A DNA stretch of 64,000 bases from Eledone cirrhosa (GCA_964016885.1 OZ024741.1:189410001-189474000); one strand, 5' to 3'. Shown: positions 12,500 through 26,417, counted from the stretch's first letter. The notes: generated by a model from the sequence alone, not told the origin. A program made the numbers and translations.

Positions 12500-13860
12500 T
12501 TTTGTCATGTAAAATGGTATAAGGGGAGTCAGAGACAGAGATCAATAATTGATTTTGTTATAGTCTCAGTTCTCTTCAACTGCTGGATGTTCATGTTAAG
12601 AGAGGGGGTTGAGCTATCAACTGATCACCTAACCTGGGACTACCTAAAGCCAAGAAAACCCACAAAACCAGGTGGTTCAGGTCAATCTACAGGATAAAGG
12701 GGGAAGTATTGCTGGATAGGGAAATCAGGACCAGGTATGCAGATAATATTGCATCCAAATTCAGAGAATTCCCTGAGTAAACTGAGGGCATTGAAACAGA
12801 GTGGAGATTGTTTAACTTAGCAGTTTCTGCTTCAGCTGTTAAATACTGTGGATGAAAGTGGGTTGGTGTGGGGCCAGGTGGCAGGAGGATCCCTTGGTTC
12901 AATCAAGGGATCAAAGATGCCATTTGAACAAAGAAGGCTGCTTACAAAGCTTGGCTTAGAAATAAATCCTCCTTCTTGCACTTACAATACAAGCAGGCAT
13001 GAAAAGTGATAGCAGAGACAGTAAAGACATCTAAAGTTAAGACATAGGAGGACTTTGGAGTTAAGCTAAAATCCAATCATCAAATGTAGTATTCTGCCAG
13101 AAATCTGCTATCATGAACGTCTCTTCATGTCTGCTATCATGAATGTTTTCTGGGAATCTCCTCTCTTGCAAGATGGAGAGAATACTTTACTGAGCTCTTA
13201 AACCCAGTCACAACAGCATCTTCTGATGTGTGATGACTAACCTCTCAAAGGCTAAGGTCACAAGAGCAATTAAAGGTGGCAAGACCTCCAGGAAGGATGA
13301 AATTAATCCTAAGATGTTAAAAGGCTTAGATAGAGAAGGTTTTTTCTGGTTGACCCATGTTTGTAGGGTGACCTGGATCTCTGGAAAGGCACCAAAGCAA
13401 TGGCAGTCACGAGTGATAATCCCAATTTTCAAAAAGGGAGACAAGAGAGATTGCTCCAATTACAGATGGATCTCCTTGTTAAGCCTCCCTGTTAAAGTTT
13501 TGCTAAGTATCTGGCAGTGAGATGTAACGATATTGTTGTGTCAAAGCTTGCCGATGAAAAGTGTGGTTTTCACCCCAGACAGCATAGCAGACCAAATTTT
13601 CACACTATAGCAGTTCTTTGAGAAATCATGGGAGTATTGCCAAGTGGTGTGTGTTTGTTTCATAGATGTCAAAAAGGTATATGACTGTGTTCCTCAAGAC
13701 CTGCTGTGGAAGGTTCTACCGGCATATGGGATCGATGGACAGCTTCTTGTTGTCCTGATGTCTCTATACGAATATTATTTGTGCTCAGATAAATGGTGCT
13801 AATTTGAAACCATTCAATGTGGGTGTCAGACTCTACCAAGAGTGCATAAACTCCTGCCAA
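12500..13860 (+). pseudogene. Degenerate RTE-clade (Rex3/Expander-like) LINE, endonuclease-RT region
   Basis: KAPKQWQSRVIIPIFKKGDKRDCSNYRWISLLSLP and downstream RT motifs with many stops and frameshifts. Confidence 0.8.
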
Positions 13861-13918
13861 TTTTGTTATTTGTCCATGTAATGTCACCTTCAAGGTGATT
13901 TTACAAGGAAAAATTACA

Positions 13919-14197
13919 ATGTAGTGGTTAAGGTTTGGGACATACAATCATAATGTTGTAGGTTCAATTCCTTCACCAGGTGTCATGTTGAGTTCTTGAG
14001 CAAAACACTTTACTTCACATTGTTCCAATACACTCACCTGAAAATGAGTATCAGTAGTTGCTGGAGGTTAACTCTGCAATGGACTGTCTTCTTGTCTAGA
14101 GTGGGGGGAGTTTTGTACACTCAGTCACTTAACATGGATAAAAAAATGAGACTTTCATTTGCCCTTGTAGCAAATAAAAGAAATTATTATTATTATT
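13919..14197 (+). mobile_element. tRNA-derived SINE with V-domain-like core and Tx1-like 3' terminus
   Basis: gtagtggttaag (A box), ggttcaattcc (B box), cttgagcaaaacacttt core, ends gcccttgtagcaaataaaagaa(att)n. Confidence 0.6.
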
Positions 14198-14198
14198 G

Positions 14199-14863
14199 GG
14201 TGGTGAAGTGGCAGTAGCGATAGATAGAGCATCAGACAACATGCTTTTTGGCATAGAGTTACAGTCCTTTACATTCTGAGTCCAAATCCCACCGAGGTTA
14301 GTTTTGCTTTTCATCCTTACGGGATTAATAAAATAAAGTTCCAGTAATCAGAAACCATTACCATTGGGAGAAGCACAGAGACTTGACAGAGTCTCAAAAT
14401 GTACACAGAATCCCTTGCAATATTTAGTTAAGGATATCAGTCAAGTGTTGGGTAACATGCTTCATGGCATAGAATTACAGCCCTTTAATTTCTGAGTTCA
14501 AATCCTGTCGAGGTTTAGCTTTGCCTTTCATCCTTACGGGGTCGATAAAATAAAGTACCAGTCATACACTGGGGTCGCTTTAATCGACTATCCCGCTCTC
14601 CCAAAATTTCTGGCCTTGTGCCTAAATAAGAAACCAATATATAGTTATGGTGGATTGGCAGTATTTGTAGAACATTGAGCAAAATGCTTTGTGGTATTTA
14701 GTTATGACTTTCTATGTTCTGAGGTCAAATCCTGTCAAGGTCAACTTTGTCTTTCATCCTTACAGGAGTTGATAAAATAAAATACCTGTCAAGCACTAGG
14801 TTGATCTAATCAACTTTCCCATCTCCCAAAATGGCTGGCCTTGTACCTAAATTAGGAACCAAT
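14199..14863 (+). mobile_element. Cluster of three tRNA-derived SINE copies (~14199-14350, ~14455-14638, ~14649-14863)
   Basis: Shared core gagttcaaatcc..ctttgcctttcatccttacggggtcgataaaataaagtaccagt. Confidence 0.85.
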
Positions 14864-16136
14864 ATTTAGTTTCCTCCCTTTACATTTTATCCATCCAGTG
14901 TGAGGTGTATGTGTGGGGGGGGGGGGGAGCTATTATGCTCTATCTATCTATTTTTATCTATTTAGTTTTTATGTTTAATTAACATTATCTGCCTCAATTG
15001 GTCTACTCACAGCATGCGCCTGTAGGCCAGGGAACACAGCTGGGAGAAGGCACCTTTAGTAGTGAGGATAGTACTTGATCTGAGGTGTTTCTTGATTGTC
15101 TTAGCTGTCCCTTTATTGGAACATCTTACTTTATACCATCTATATACTTATATTTTCCATGCCTGTTTTTCTTTTATACAATTGATTATGAGTAAAGCCT
15201 CAGTTTTATTACTTTTTGTAATTTCTCCTTCATCCATTGTCCCTGTGGCAAATAAAAGAAGTCAGCTTTTTGTATTCTTAGTTTAAACCCCCACTAAGGT
15301 CAACTTTTCATTTCATCCTTCTGGGTAGCAATCAAATACTGAGGGTCAACTTAATTGATTAACCCTTCACCCAAAATTTCTTTGTAAGAAGCAGTTATTA
15401 GAATATTGTAATGTTTACATATAAACAAATTCTCTTTATTAATTTCATTTTCTATCCACCTTTTAATTATAATTGTGATTCATCATCATCATCATTATCA
15501 TTATCATCCCCACTATTATTTTTATTAGTATTGTTATAGAAATCATTATAGTTGTTATTATTAACAGCATGATAACTCTATTTCTCATTTTGATTTTTCT
15601 CTAGGAGGTTTGAATTAGCATCTAGTCAATCTAAGTTTAATTAAAATTCATCACCTTAGGTTGAATTTCTTAGTTCGTTATAAGACAGTTTTGGAATCCA
15701 GAATAAATATTGATCACTTTGAATTTTCAATCTCTTCACCTCATTTTATTTCTATTATCTCTGTTTTTAGATCAACTCTACATGTAATAATCATATTAAT
15801 CAACTATATCTCCTAATTAGGACTTGCAGTTTGGTTGTTGCCAGAGTTTAGTGTTATTCATCTGTTGAGGCTGATAAATGGTGCTATTACATGATTATGT
15901 ATTGTAAACAAGAAAGCAAGTTGACACCATTAATCGGATGAGGCTCCACTCTCAACATTCTATTATTCTCTAGTATATGTAAAGCAATAGTTCCTAAATT
16001 TATTTTGTTTTTGAATTTCTTACCTATATTTTATGCCTACCATCCTAAATTTCATAAAACATTTAAAGAAAACAAAAATTATTTTAAAGAGATAATTTCA
16101 TCATATGAAAAAATTAAAACAATAGATGTTTCTTAA

Positions 16137-16349
16137 CCCTTTAGTATTTAAACCAGCCATATCCGACCAGAATTCTCTCACCTCTTACTGTTCAAACCGA
16201 CCATAACTGGCCACTCATACTGATGTTAATGTATTATTCTCAAAATAAATATCAAAATTTCATAGATTCGATATTATGTGAGATAATTATCTGAGTTAAA
16301 GCCTTTACCGTAAAACAACAATAGTATATATAGAGTAATGTAAATGTTA
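16137..16349. mobile_element. piggyBac-like MITE (right end eroded)
   Basis: TTAA|CCCTTTAG start; same internal sequence as 3704-3901. Confidence 0.7.
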
Positions 16350-17112
16350 TTAAAAAGTACTTTATCTTGCAAAACCCTAGAACATTTTGAGAAAGCTACT
16401 ATAGATAACACTGATCTACAGTAAGTGTCAGTCAAACTAGTACTAATTTGTGGTTGTGTAACTGTAAATTTACGTTTATTTCAACCCTTCTGGTTGTTAA
16501 GGCACCGCATGTCATCATATCATTATATAGTTTACCTAAAGCAGATTTCAGTCAAACTGCTGATAATTATTGCTAATATTGATCTGATTTTCATCATCAT
16601 CATTATTTTTACATCAGCTTTTCCATGTCAGCATGGAGTGGAAAGGATTGGGAGGTGGGGGCAGTGTTTTATGGATGGATGCTCTTCCTGAAACTGACCC
16701 TTTTAGTCACATCGTACAATCTGCAGGAATATGGTTACCTATTCTAAAAACAAGGACACATACAGTATACTTTATTTTTTTTATTATTAAGTAGTGTCAT
16801 AGCCCATCCTTGAGTCAGTGAGGCACTACTGAAAATTCTGTCACTGTGTTATATATCTATGGAAAGCCACAATGTAACTAGCACTGACAGGAGCACTTTA
16901 ACTGAGACATTTATGAAAACAAATGGAGCCAGTTAGGGAGAGTTATAATCCTTTGAGCTGCTCAACTCTTGGCATTTTATCATTGATCTTGAACAAATCT
17001 GAACAGCAGGGTGTCAAAAGGAAAGAAGACTAAGGTGTGTCACTGGTGATGATGGTAGTGGAGGGGAGCTAAGTAATTTACAAATAACCTTGCCAATGTC
17101 CTCTACTTTCAG

Positions 17113-17204
17113 GTAATGTCTGTCTCAAAATCTGACTCCTCTCCTGATGATGGAGCTTACATCTATGGATTGTTCCTTGATGGTGCACGCTGGGACATCA
17201 AAAA
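17113..17204 (+). CDS. Axonemal dynein heavy chain (DNAH12-like), penultimate coding exon
   Basis: tttcAG acceptor (17111-12), GTAAGT donor (17205); encodes VMSVSKSDSSPDDGAYIYGLFLDGARWDIK; phase-2 end splices in frame to 19661. Confidence 0.9.
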
Positions 17205-17655
17205 GTAAGTAACTAGTATGCTTATACAGTACCATAATGGGTAAATGAGAGAATCTCTAAGCCAGAAGTAAGGAACCTCACACCTGCAGCCAAAATTTTG
17301 CTCCAATTCAAATTTGAAACTGCTCTTTGATAAAGTCAATAGAAAATCCATGAGAAAATAAGAGACCAGTAATTTAATATGTTGCAAACCAATGAATATT
17401 GAAATTAAAATTTCATTTTTTTTTTTCAGCATAGATGTTCCCCGTCAGTTTCTTCTGCACTTACAATTCAACCCTGGTACTAAGGAGGTTTCCTACCCCT
17501 AATCTATGCAGTTATTTGATCTGTTAGAAATAGTAGCCAAATATCCCTCAAAATCACACACAACCAGTTTTAAAAGAGTTAAGATTCCTTAAACAATGTA
17601 TAATTGTTGGTATATAAAAAAGATGGGATGATGGTCCTGGCTGTAATACCTTTAA

Positions 17656-17839
17656 CCCTTTAGCATTTACACCGGCCATATCCGGCCAGAATTCTCTCAC
17701 CTTTTTCTCTTCAAACTGGCCATAACCAGCCACTCATACTGATGTTAAGGCATTGTTCTCAAAATAAATGACATCAAAATCTCATAAATTCAATACAAAA
17801 ATACAATAGTATATATAGAATAGTGTAAATGCTAAAGGT
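17656..17839. mobile_element. piggyBac-like MITE
   Basis: TTAA|CCCTTTAGCATTTA ... TAAATGCTAAAGGT|TTAA. Confidence 0.8.
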
Positions 17840-19235
17840 TTAATCAAATGTCTGCTTGATCAGTGTCAATCTGAGACTAAACAAATACAAGATCAACTGG
17901 GCCACAAACATTTATAATACACGATAGAGCAGAGGACTAAGTATGTATTCATCCTTTACTATATGAGTGCATGCCTAGCTCTATGGTTAAGAAGTTCAAT
18001 TCAAAACCACTATATGCTCCCAGATTCCTTTATATTGCATCATGTTTCCTTCTATAGCCTTGTGACTGAAGTTTTAGATGAAAACTGCTTGAAGCCTGTC
18101 AAAAGACTGGGGATGGCCTGATGGATAGAGTATTGGACATTTAGATGACGTTTGGTTCCTATTCCTTCAGTGCCACAGAATTGTAGCAGTGACTGTAACA
18201 CTTGGTTAATTCCAACTAACTCTATATAATTACTCCTGTTGGAAAAAAATAAATTTCAAAGGAAGACAATTGAAACCCACCACTGCAATGTCCATGATAC
18301 CCTTTCATGTATGATCCACAGAAAAACCTGTTGGTGTAGATGTGGATGTTCCACTGTTCCACAAAATCACCTATATGATATTACATTTAATTTTAACTCA
18401 GTACTGCAAGCTAAAGATGGTGAATTGGTGGTAAAGTAATTTCAGCACCAGATAGAATGCCTAGTAGTATTCATTCCAGCTCGCTGCAATTTGAATGATG
18501 CCATTCATTCTGAATTCAAATCATACAGAGGTCAACTTTACTTTTCATCTCAGAGTTGGCTGATCAATGTAGTAAAATGTAGCACAAAAAGTAGTGGATT
18601 TTATTAGAAAGTAATACAAAATATAAATTTTTGAAAATCTTGCTGTTATCATCATCATCATTTTACGTCATTTTGTATACTGGCATGGGTTGGATGGATT
18701 GTTATAGTCTGAGTCAGTTCTTATTCCAAGTTACTACCCTTCTAGACAGGTGAGGAGGCCTATCTCACACACATACAATTCCATTTTTGGCATGGTTTCT
18801 GAAACTGAATACCCTTCCTAACACTAATTACTGCCAACCATAGAAATCATGCCACAAATTGTTAGTAATTTAATGTGTGTGTGTAAAGATTGCCTGTAGG
18901 TCAGTTTTAATTCATTTAGCTGATAATTCAATATTATAAACTATAGGGTTCTTACCCTTAAAAGATTAAACTGTTCTAAATGAAAAAATAGTAATATGCA
19001 GTTCTGAAAAGTAGTCCAATCTAGCTGTCCTGTTTCACCTTTCTGAGATTAACAAAAAAATAACTATCAGTCATATACTAATGTATAGTTAACTATTGCT
19101 GCCCCAGAAAAGATAACCTATATATTGACAGACTCAATAGAATAGTGAGAGTAAATCCTTACATTATTTCTGTACTATAAATTTTATACTATTTTTAGTA
19201 GAAAATTTATAGTACATAAATAATGTAAGGATTAA

Positions 19236-19456
19236 CCCTTTTGATATCAACCCACCCAAAACCAGCTCTAGTTCCATGAAACAAAACCACCTATTTGAAT
19301 AAAAATCATCTTCCAATATGATTCCATATAAGAACCATATATTAAGTTACTATTTTAGTAATGACATAATTAGTAATTTTTGTAAATCTCTCAAAATAAA
19401 TCCTTCATTAATAAATTGAAATAGTGTGTTCTATTAGAAATACAGTAATAAATGGG
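19236..19456. mobile_element. Second piggyBac-like MITE family, splitting an older AT-rich palindrome (~19130-19490)
   Basis: TTAA|CCC..GGG|TTAA; flanks rejoin into a hairpin (atccttacattattt..tactataaatttt / aaaatttatagta..aataatgtaaggat). Confidence 0.65.
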
Positions 19457-19660
19457 TTAACTTTACTATTTTATCTCCATAAGATCAGTCACTTAGCATT
19501 AGCAGGGTAGGTTATTCTACTACTGACCAACATAGTGATGTATCCCATGCTGGTTTGATATTTGCAACAAAAAATGACCCCCATGTGTAAAATTATATTT
19601 ATTGCTAAGATTTTGATTTAAATGTTACACCTTCATTTCATACCTATTTTACTTTTGCAG

Positions 19661-19922
19661 TGGTGTCCTTGCTGACCAACATCCACGGGTTCTAATTGAG
19701 CCAATGCCCCTGATTTGGCTAAAGCCAAGCAACAAAGATGATGTTATTGAAGATGGAAACCGCTACAATTGTCCAGTTTATAAGACCAGTGAGAGACGAG
19801 GGACTTTATCAACAACTGGGCATTCTACTAATTTTGTTCTGCCCATCCTTTTGAATACAGGAAAGCCAGTTCAATACTGGGTTAAGCAGGGAACTGCTTT
19901 ACTATGCCAAACTGATGATTAA
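19661..19922 (+). CDS. Axonemal dynein heavy chain (DNAH12-like), last coding exon
   Basis: ttttgCAG acceptor; encodes GVLADQHPRVLIEPMPLIWLKP..YNCPVYKTSERRGTLSTTGHSTNFV..WVKQGTALLCQTDD*, the C-terminus of DNAH1/3/7/12-type chains, closest from memory to DNAH12; several AATAAA signals follow. Confidence 0.92.
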
Positions 19923-20869
19923 ATTTTATTGAGAAAATAAAAATAGAAATATGAAAATAAAAAAATTAAAAGAGTGTTGTAATTTGCTTGAAGTGTAAAG
20001 TGTAGAAAATAGTGTTTTGTTTGAAAGCTGACACAATGGGAAGAACATAAATAAAGATATACCAGTCACTGTTGAAGCAAGGGATAGGAATATTGGCAAT
20101 CTCAGAATAAACAAATCTATAATAATATCCAAACTGAAACTCAAAATCCACAACAGATTAGAACCCAACACCCAGTGGCTAACATAGAAATACACAGTAC
20201 CACACTTCATTCCATTTCAAAAATAAAACAACAACTAGCTTAGATCACATGTCAAGTGATCAGTTTACTACTCGTAGCATAAAAAAACACCACCTTCAAA
20301 TTTCCAAAAAGCTGAAGAGCCACAAAAAATATACAGCTCCAAACTAGTTTCTGCTGTTAACTTATTTATGAAAGTATTTTATCCCCAAGTATAAGGACTT
20401 ATAAAAAAAAACAGTAATTGTTATCATATTTTTAACATTTACCATCCGATTCACATTGTGGTAGTTTTCAAATAAAACACTATTTTCTAAAACAAAAAAT
20501 GTTATTTAATTATGTTCTCTTAAATACCACATAGTATGACTTAACTGTATACATGCATATACATATATATATATATACATACAGTGGGTTCACTTTTTAC
20601 ATGAAGATGCATTTGTGAATGCTGCGCGTAAAGCAAATTTGCGTAATTCAAGTCTAAATTTCTGATAAATAAAAAAAATTTTAAACTACACACATTATAG
20701 CACGTTATTCGCGCAAAGTGAATATTTAATATTTTTTCAAGACGTGTTAAAGCGACTTTGGGTATTTCAAAAAACAACTTTGGGTGTTTCAAGTTTGCAT
20801 AAAAAACAGACTGTATATATATATATATGTGTGTGTGTATATATATATATGTGTGTGTGTGTGTGTATG

Positions 20870-20949
<80 letters not shown>

Positions 20950-21299
20950 TATATACATAAAATATAAAATAAATCCTTTGCAAGTACGAAACTCAGAAAT
21001 CGCCAACCCTATTCAGGCTAGGCTGCTCGCACAGTGAAATGTAACGTACTAATTGCTATTTCTTCACTCTTCTCTCCATTTTTTTATTCCCTAGTCCATT
21101 CATCTATCTATCATTTCGCCCAAAATCCAATCTTTGCTTTTTCTATTCGATAATTCTATCGTATTTTTCAAAACAAATCTTGTATTTCAAAACAAATCTT
21201 ATATTTTTTATGCTTGTTAAATTATGCCCAAAATACGGGGATCTTATTTAAACCTTAACCTTCTCGCTAACTACCCCATATCCATCCCACCCACCCACA

Positions 21300-22329
21300 C
21301 ACACCACCATTATTACGTGGGCCAATCATAAGTCAGCAGCCTATGCTATCACTTACCTGGTTGCCTTTCGATATGATGAATGGACTACAGAATTCTGGAG
21401 AGTTAGAGAAGAAAAAAAATCTGGACACTCAGTGACAATGTCAAAGATAAAGACAAATTCACCCCATGCTGCCGGACGAGAATGCAAGGACTCCTCCTCT
21501 TTATTTCGGCCGCGGATGGCTAACATAACCCCTCCCTCACGGAGGGGTTATGTTAGCCATCCGGACAACATTGTGACGGCTATGACGGAATCCATGGAGG
21601 CTATGGGTTTGGTACTAGAAATGAGGAAGGCTCCAGAATCCTGGAATTCTGAGACGCAAATAACCTAACTATCTGTAACACTAACTTCAAAAAACGAGAC
21701 AATCACTTGATCACCTATAGATCAGGGGAACACACCAGCCAGGTAGATTATATCCTTACCAGAAGACGTGACAGAGTGTCTGTTGTAAACACTAAATCCC
21801 TCCCCCATGAAGAATGCACCTCTCAACATAGACTCATAATTAGCGACCTCATAGTCGGGACGAGACGTACTCTACAACAGAGGACTATACTCAGGAGAAA
21901 AATATGGAAGTTAAAGGACCCCACAGCCAGTAATAAATTTAAAAGCATATTACTTGATGCTTTTGGTAGTAAGGAAGAGCAATTAGAGTCATACAATATA
22001 GAGGAACAGTGGGAATTCCTGAAAGCTAACCTGCTGAAGGCGACAGATGAAACATCCAGTCTGAAATAAATGAGGTCGTGTAGGTGTCCCGACAAAAAAA
22101 AACCCACAGTCCACGCTGTAATGTGGCCGTGTAGGTAACACGGTAAAAACCTCCCAGTCCACACTGTAAACGTGGTTGGTGTTAGGAAGGGCATCCAGCC
22201 GTAGAAAACCCGCCAGACAGTCCTATACGAGCAAGACAACCAATCTTGCCTCAAGTGGGAAAATTCCCGTCCAAACCCATGCAAGCGTGGAAGATGGACG
22301 TTAAACGATGATGATGATGATGATGATGA
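21300..22329 (+). mobile_element. Internally deleted RTE derivative (putative 5' region, APE fragment, 3' UTR)
   Basis: GQHCDG..GTRNEEG..NTNFKK..ITYRSGEH..DYIL from 21563; jump to RTE 3' UTR at ~22055; (gat)n tail. Confidence 0.8.
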
Positions 22330-22454
22330 ACACCCACGAAATTTAGTAGATAAATTATGTTATATTCATCCATTATTTATTCAAAGTAATCCAACTTATT
22401 TTACTAAGGGGATAAAAAATTATATATATTAGAATGAGTATATATATATATACA

Positions 22455-22868
22455 GAAGACCCGCCTTGCCTAAGTACAAAGCGAAACCTACAGTCAGTAG
22501 GCACCTCTAACAAAAATACACCCCCGTCCCACCACCCCCACCCCATCCACACCACCCCTTTCGATGTAAAGTTATGTTGGTACCACAACATCTAGTCCAA
22601 AATAAATGAGGTCGTGTAGGTGTCACGAAAAAAAAAACACAGTCCACGCTGTAATGTGGCCGTGTAGGTAACACAGTAAAAACCTCCCAGTCCACACTGT
22701 AAACGTGGTTGGTGTTAGGAAGGGCATCCAGCCGTAGAAAACCCGCCAGATAGTCCTATACGAACAGGCCAACCAATCTTACCGCAATTGGGAAAACTCC
22801 CGTCCAAACCCATGCTAGCGTGGAAGATGGACGTTAAACGATGATGATGATGATGATGATGATGATGA
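22455..22868 (+). mobile_element. RTE 3' UTR fragment
   Basis: Near-identical tail to 22055-22329, ending (gat)n. Confidence 0.85.
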
Positions 22869-23077
22869 CAACTGAGCACACTCGTTTTTACTCTAAAATG
22901 ATTTTTCTGTATTTTCTTCTTCTCCTTCTCTGTCTTTCTATTTCTTAGCTGGTCTGAGCTGGGTAGTGACACACACATTCAACTTTGTTGTGTTTCTATT
23001 CTATTTAATGACTGAGTATTTATTTTTGCAGCATTACAATTCACACTTTGGTCAGTCCATATCCATAATCAACGATT

Positions 23078-23115
<38 letters not shown>

Positions 23116-24984
23116 TGTATATAGACACACCTACAAAACTTACATATACACATAAAGAGAATCAGATTTGCCTTAATGAACAATTATCTTGAATTCTATT
23201 CAGAAGAAACAACAACAAAAAACAACAAATTGGTGAAAACAGTTCCCTTGCTTAATTGTAGCTAGCAATCATTGGTTGTACAAGCCCTGACATTTAGCCA
23301 GTGACAACTATTGTCATGTCCCATACTGCAGTCAATTGTACTCTTATTCAAACCATCAAATTAGCCAAACTCCATAATTAAGTGATACATGAATGAATGA
23401 ACTCTATCATGTTCATTTATTCATTGTCTTAAGTCAATTTGAATTATATTCTTTCTCTGGATTTGTCATAGAAAAAAATATTTCAAGGATTTGTGATGAA
23501 CAAATTACTGGTTCTAACTGCCACCCTTAGGATAATGACTATGACCATGACCACCATCAATGCTATCAACACAATTACTATTACTACTACCACCACAAAT
23601 AACACAATAGCCACCTCCTCTATTAACTAATGAAGAATTTTGAGGAATTTACCAAAATTGTTAATTACTAAGATAGTTATTTAATAAGTGGTTCTTATAT
23701 AAACTTATGTTGGAAGATTTTCATTTAAATAGGAACCAGTTAAAATGGGTGATTTTATTTCATAGATGCAGACCTGGTTTTGGCTGGTTGGCTGGAATCA
23801 AAAGGGTTAAAATAAAAGCAGCATTAAAAAGATTTATTTGGAATATTCAGCCATTGCCTCTTGCTAGAAGAGGTTTGGGAAACACCAATATAAGTTGATT
23901 AAATCTTCCCCAGTTTTTGACTGGTATTTGTTTCATGGAAGGATAAAAGTTGATCCCTGCACGATTCAAACAAAGAACATAGAGAGCTGAACCTGAATAA
24001 TGCAAGACATTTTAACCCATGATCTAATGACTCTGTCAATCCACCACCTAAAAGAAATCTTAAACTGGTACTTACAATAGGGATGATTCGTGAGCAAATA
24101 CCATATTTTCACTTAATCATTTTCAATAACCATTCAGTCTCAAACATACACAAACATTCTCTAGGCCCTACCACCATTGTCCAACTGAGACATCAAATAT
24201 ATAACAGCTAGTGGAAGAGAGGACTACACAAGCACTGGGCTGGTATCAACAACCATCAATCGCAAATCATAAATAACTTGATTGTATATTGTACACTTTT
24301 GCTAATCATTTTAAGTGTTCATATAATTACAAGCAGACAAAGACTCTGTAAACCCATCCACCTTTGTCCTAACGAAACACTGAGTATATGATAACTGAGG
24401 GCTGTCTTTACAACATTATAAGCTCCCAAGCAAAACAATGGACAGGGACCTCTTGACCTGGTGGGCTCCCAGGCAAAGTAATTGACTGGAGCCTCTATAT
24501 ATACATCCACAGAAAACATAGATTAGCATTAAGTCCATAGACCTGGTGGGCTTCCAGAATGTAAGTGGCTTAATCCTATTATGCATGAGGAAGGACTCTG
24601 AGAGCCATACCCTCTTAGTTTCTTTTGCACAACTTTTGAAAGGAAACAGATTTTTCTTTGAAATTTGGTTACTTTTTCTAAAATTTACCCTGCTAAATGT
24701 TCACTCACATGACTGATTAAAAACATTTCCCTGTTGCTATGGAAACAGCAGGAGTTAAATAGGCAGTGGGAAAAATTTGATTTTTCTTCTTACAAAATTT
24801 GATTATGCAGACTTTGTAACCAAAACAATATTGTCAAACATTACCAATCTAATGAATGTGTCTTGAGTTGCATGGTGGCAGATGCTATGGCAACCATGTC
24901 GTTTCCATGACAACATTGTTTTATCCGTTTTGCAAAATTTCTGACATTGCATTGTTGTTTCATTATTAGTAAATGTAAGGGCAG

Positions 24985-25160
24985 GGGATTGGCAGTATCG
25001 GACGTCATGCTTTGACGCATAGAGTTACGGCCCTTTCCATTCTGAGTTCAAATCCCGCCGAGGTCAACTTTGCCTTTCATCCTTACGGGATCGATAAAAT
25101 AAAGTACCAGTAATGTACTGGGTAATTTCTGGCCTTGTCCCAAAAGTAGAAACAATTATT
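24985..25160 (+). mobile_element. tRNA-derived SINE
   Basis: A box tggcagtatcgg, B box gagttcaaatcc, family core and tail. Confidence 0.85.
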
Positions 25161-25472
25161 AGTACATGTGGCAAAAAGAATGTACATGACAGTGCCTATA
25201 TGCAGTACCTATATACCTTAGTGGTTCTGGAAAAATGTTGAACACTATAAAAGTATCAAATTTTAACACATCTGGGTGCAACTGATGATGTCATCAGAAA
25301 AGTGATGATGTCGCAACATTTTTGTAATGATAAATGTTTGCCTATCAATGGTCTATACTTGTGCCAAGTTTCATTGACATAGCATTAGTGGATAAGGAAT
25401 AAAAAGGGGTGGATGTGCTATCAGAGCACACTCTGACTCCAGGGTTACAGAACCCCTAAAATGCCCAGATAT

Positions 25473-25688
25473 AATGATTTCTGATTTAGGCACAAGGCCA
25501 ACAATTTAGGGGAAGGGAAAAATCAATTAAATTTAAACCAGGGCATTACTGGTGCTTTATTTTATCGACCCCATTAGGATGAAAGGCAAAGCTAACCGCA
25601 GAGGAATTTGAACTCAGAACATAAAGTGCCATAACTCTATACTACAAAGCATGGTGTCTGACGCTCTACTAATTCTGCCAATCCACTG
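25473..25688 (-). mobile_element. tRNA-derived SINE
   Basis: Reverse complement of the same family. Confidence 0.8.
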
Positions 25689-26417
25689 CCCAGGGTTAAG
25701 ACTGCCCTGTGACAGCTAATGGGAGATAGGGCTGCATAAACACTGGACTGGTACTTTCTTTATTAACCCTGAAAATGTCACAGGCCAAGTAAACCTGATG
25801 GCAGCAAGATGTGTATTCAGAGATCAATGAGTCAGAATAAATTCTGTAATACATTCTGATTCTCTAATGACTCTTCTCAACGAACCGTCTTAGAGAAAAG
25901 AGTAATTATAATCTATCAAAATTCTGTTTACACAAAATATTCTCTGAAGAAAAAAATTATATATTTTATTTAGACGCAATGTGTAAACAATATTCTTGTG
26001 TTTCCACTTGACTAAACAGTTAGAAATGTCTAAGTGATATTTTAGATTCTATTTTAAAAGTCAAAAGAAATGGTAAACATGTCGGCCATCAAGTAGGTAT
26101 AGAAATGTCAATGCCTGGAACTGTTTGAAACAATTGCAAAGTTCACATCAGTTTGTTGGGTCGATGTGTTTCTGTTTATATACATCTGAGTGACTGTATG
26201 TGTGTGTGTGTGTGTGTGAGTGAGTATGGGATCATTGGCGCCGTCGTCGTTGATAATGGTATTTAATCACAGGTCAGACATGATCGATCAGACCTCTGAT
26301 CGTGGACATTCCAGCCATTACCAACTGTAGCCATCCTGTCTTTTTTCTTTCTTATGTGCAGAGAAACCAGGACCCCATTATTCAAAGCATTATTTTCTAA
26401 GAATTTCTAAGGAAGAT

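Noticed and set aside
1-17112. Upstream dynein exons
   Set aside because: No segment encoding the expected W.SGFFFTQ.FLTG..QN.ARK motif found by eye; probably outside the window
20582-20813. Tc1/mariner MITE (TA|CAGT...ACTG|TA)
   Set aside because: Only 4 bp of terminal inverted match
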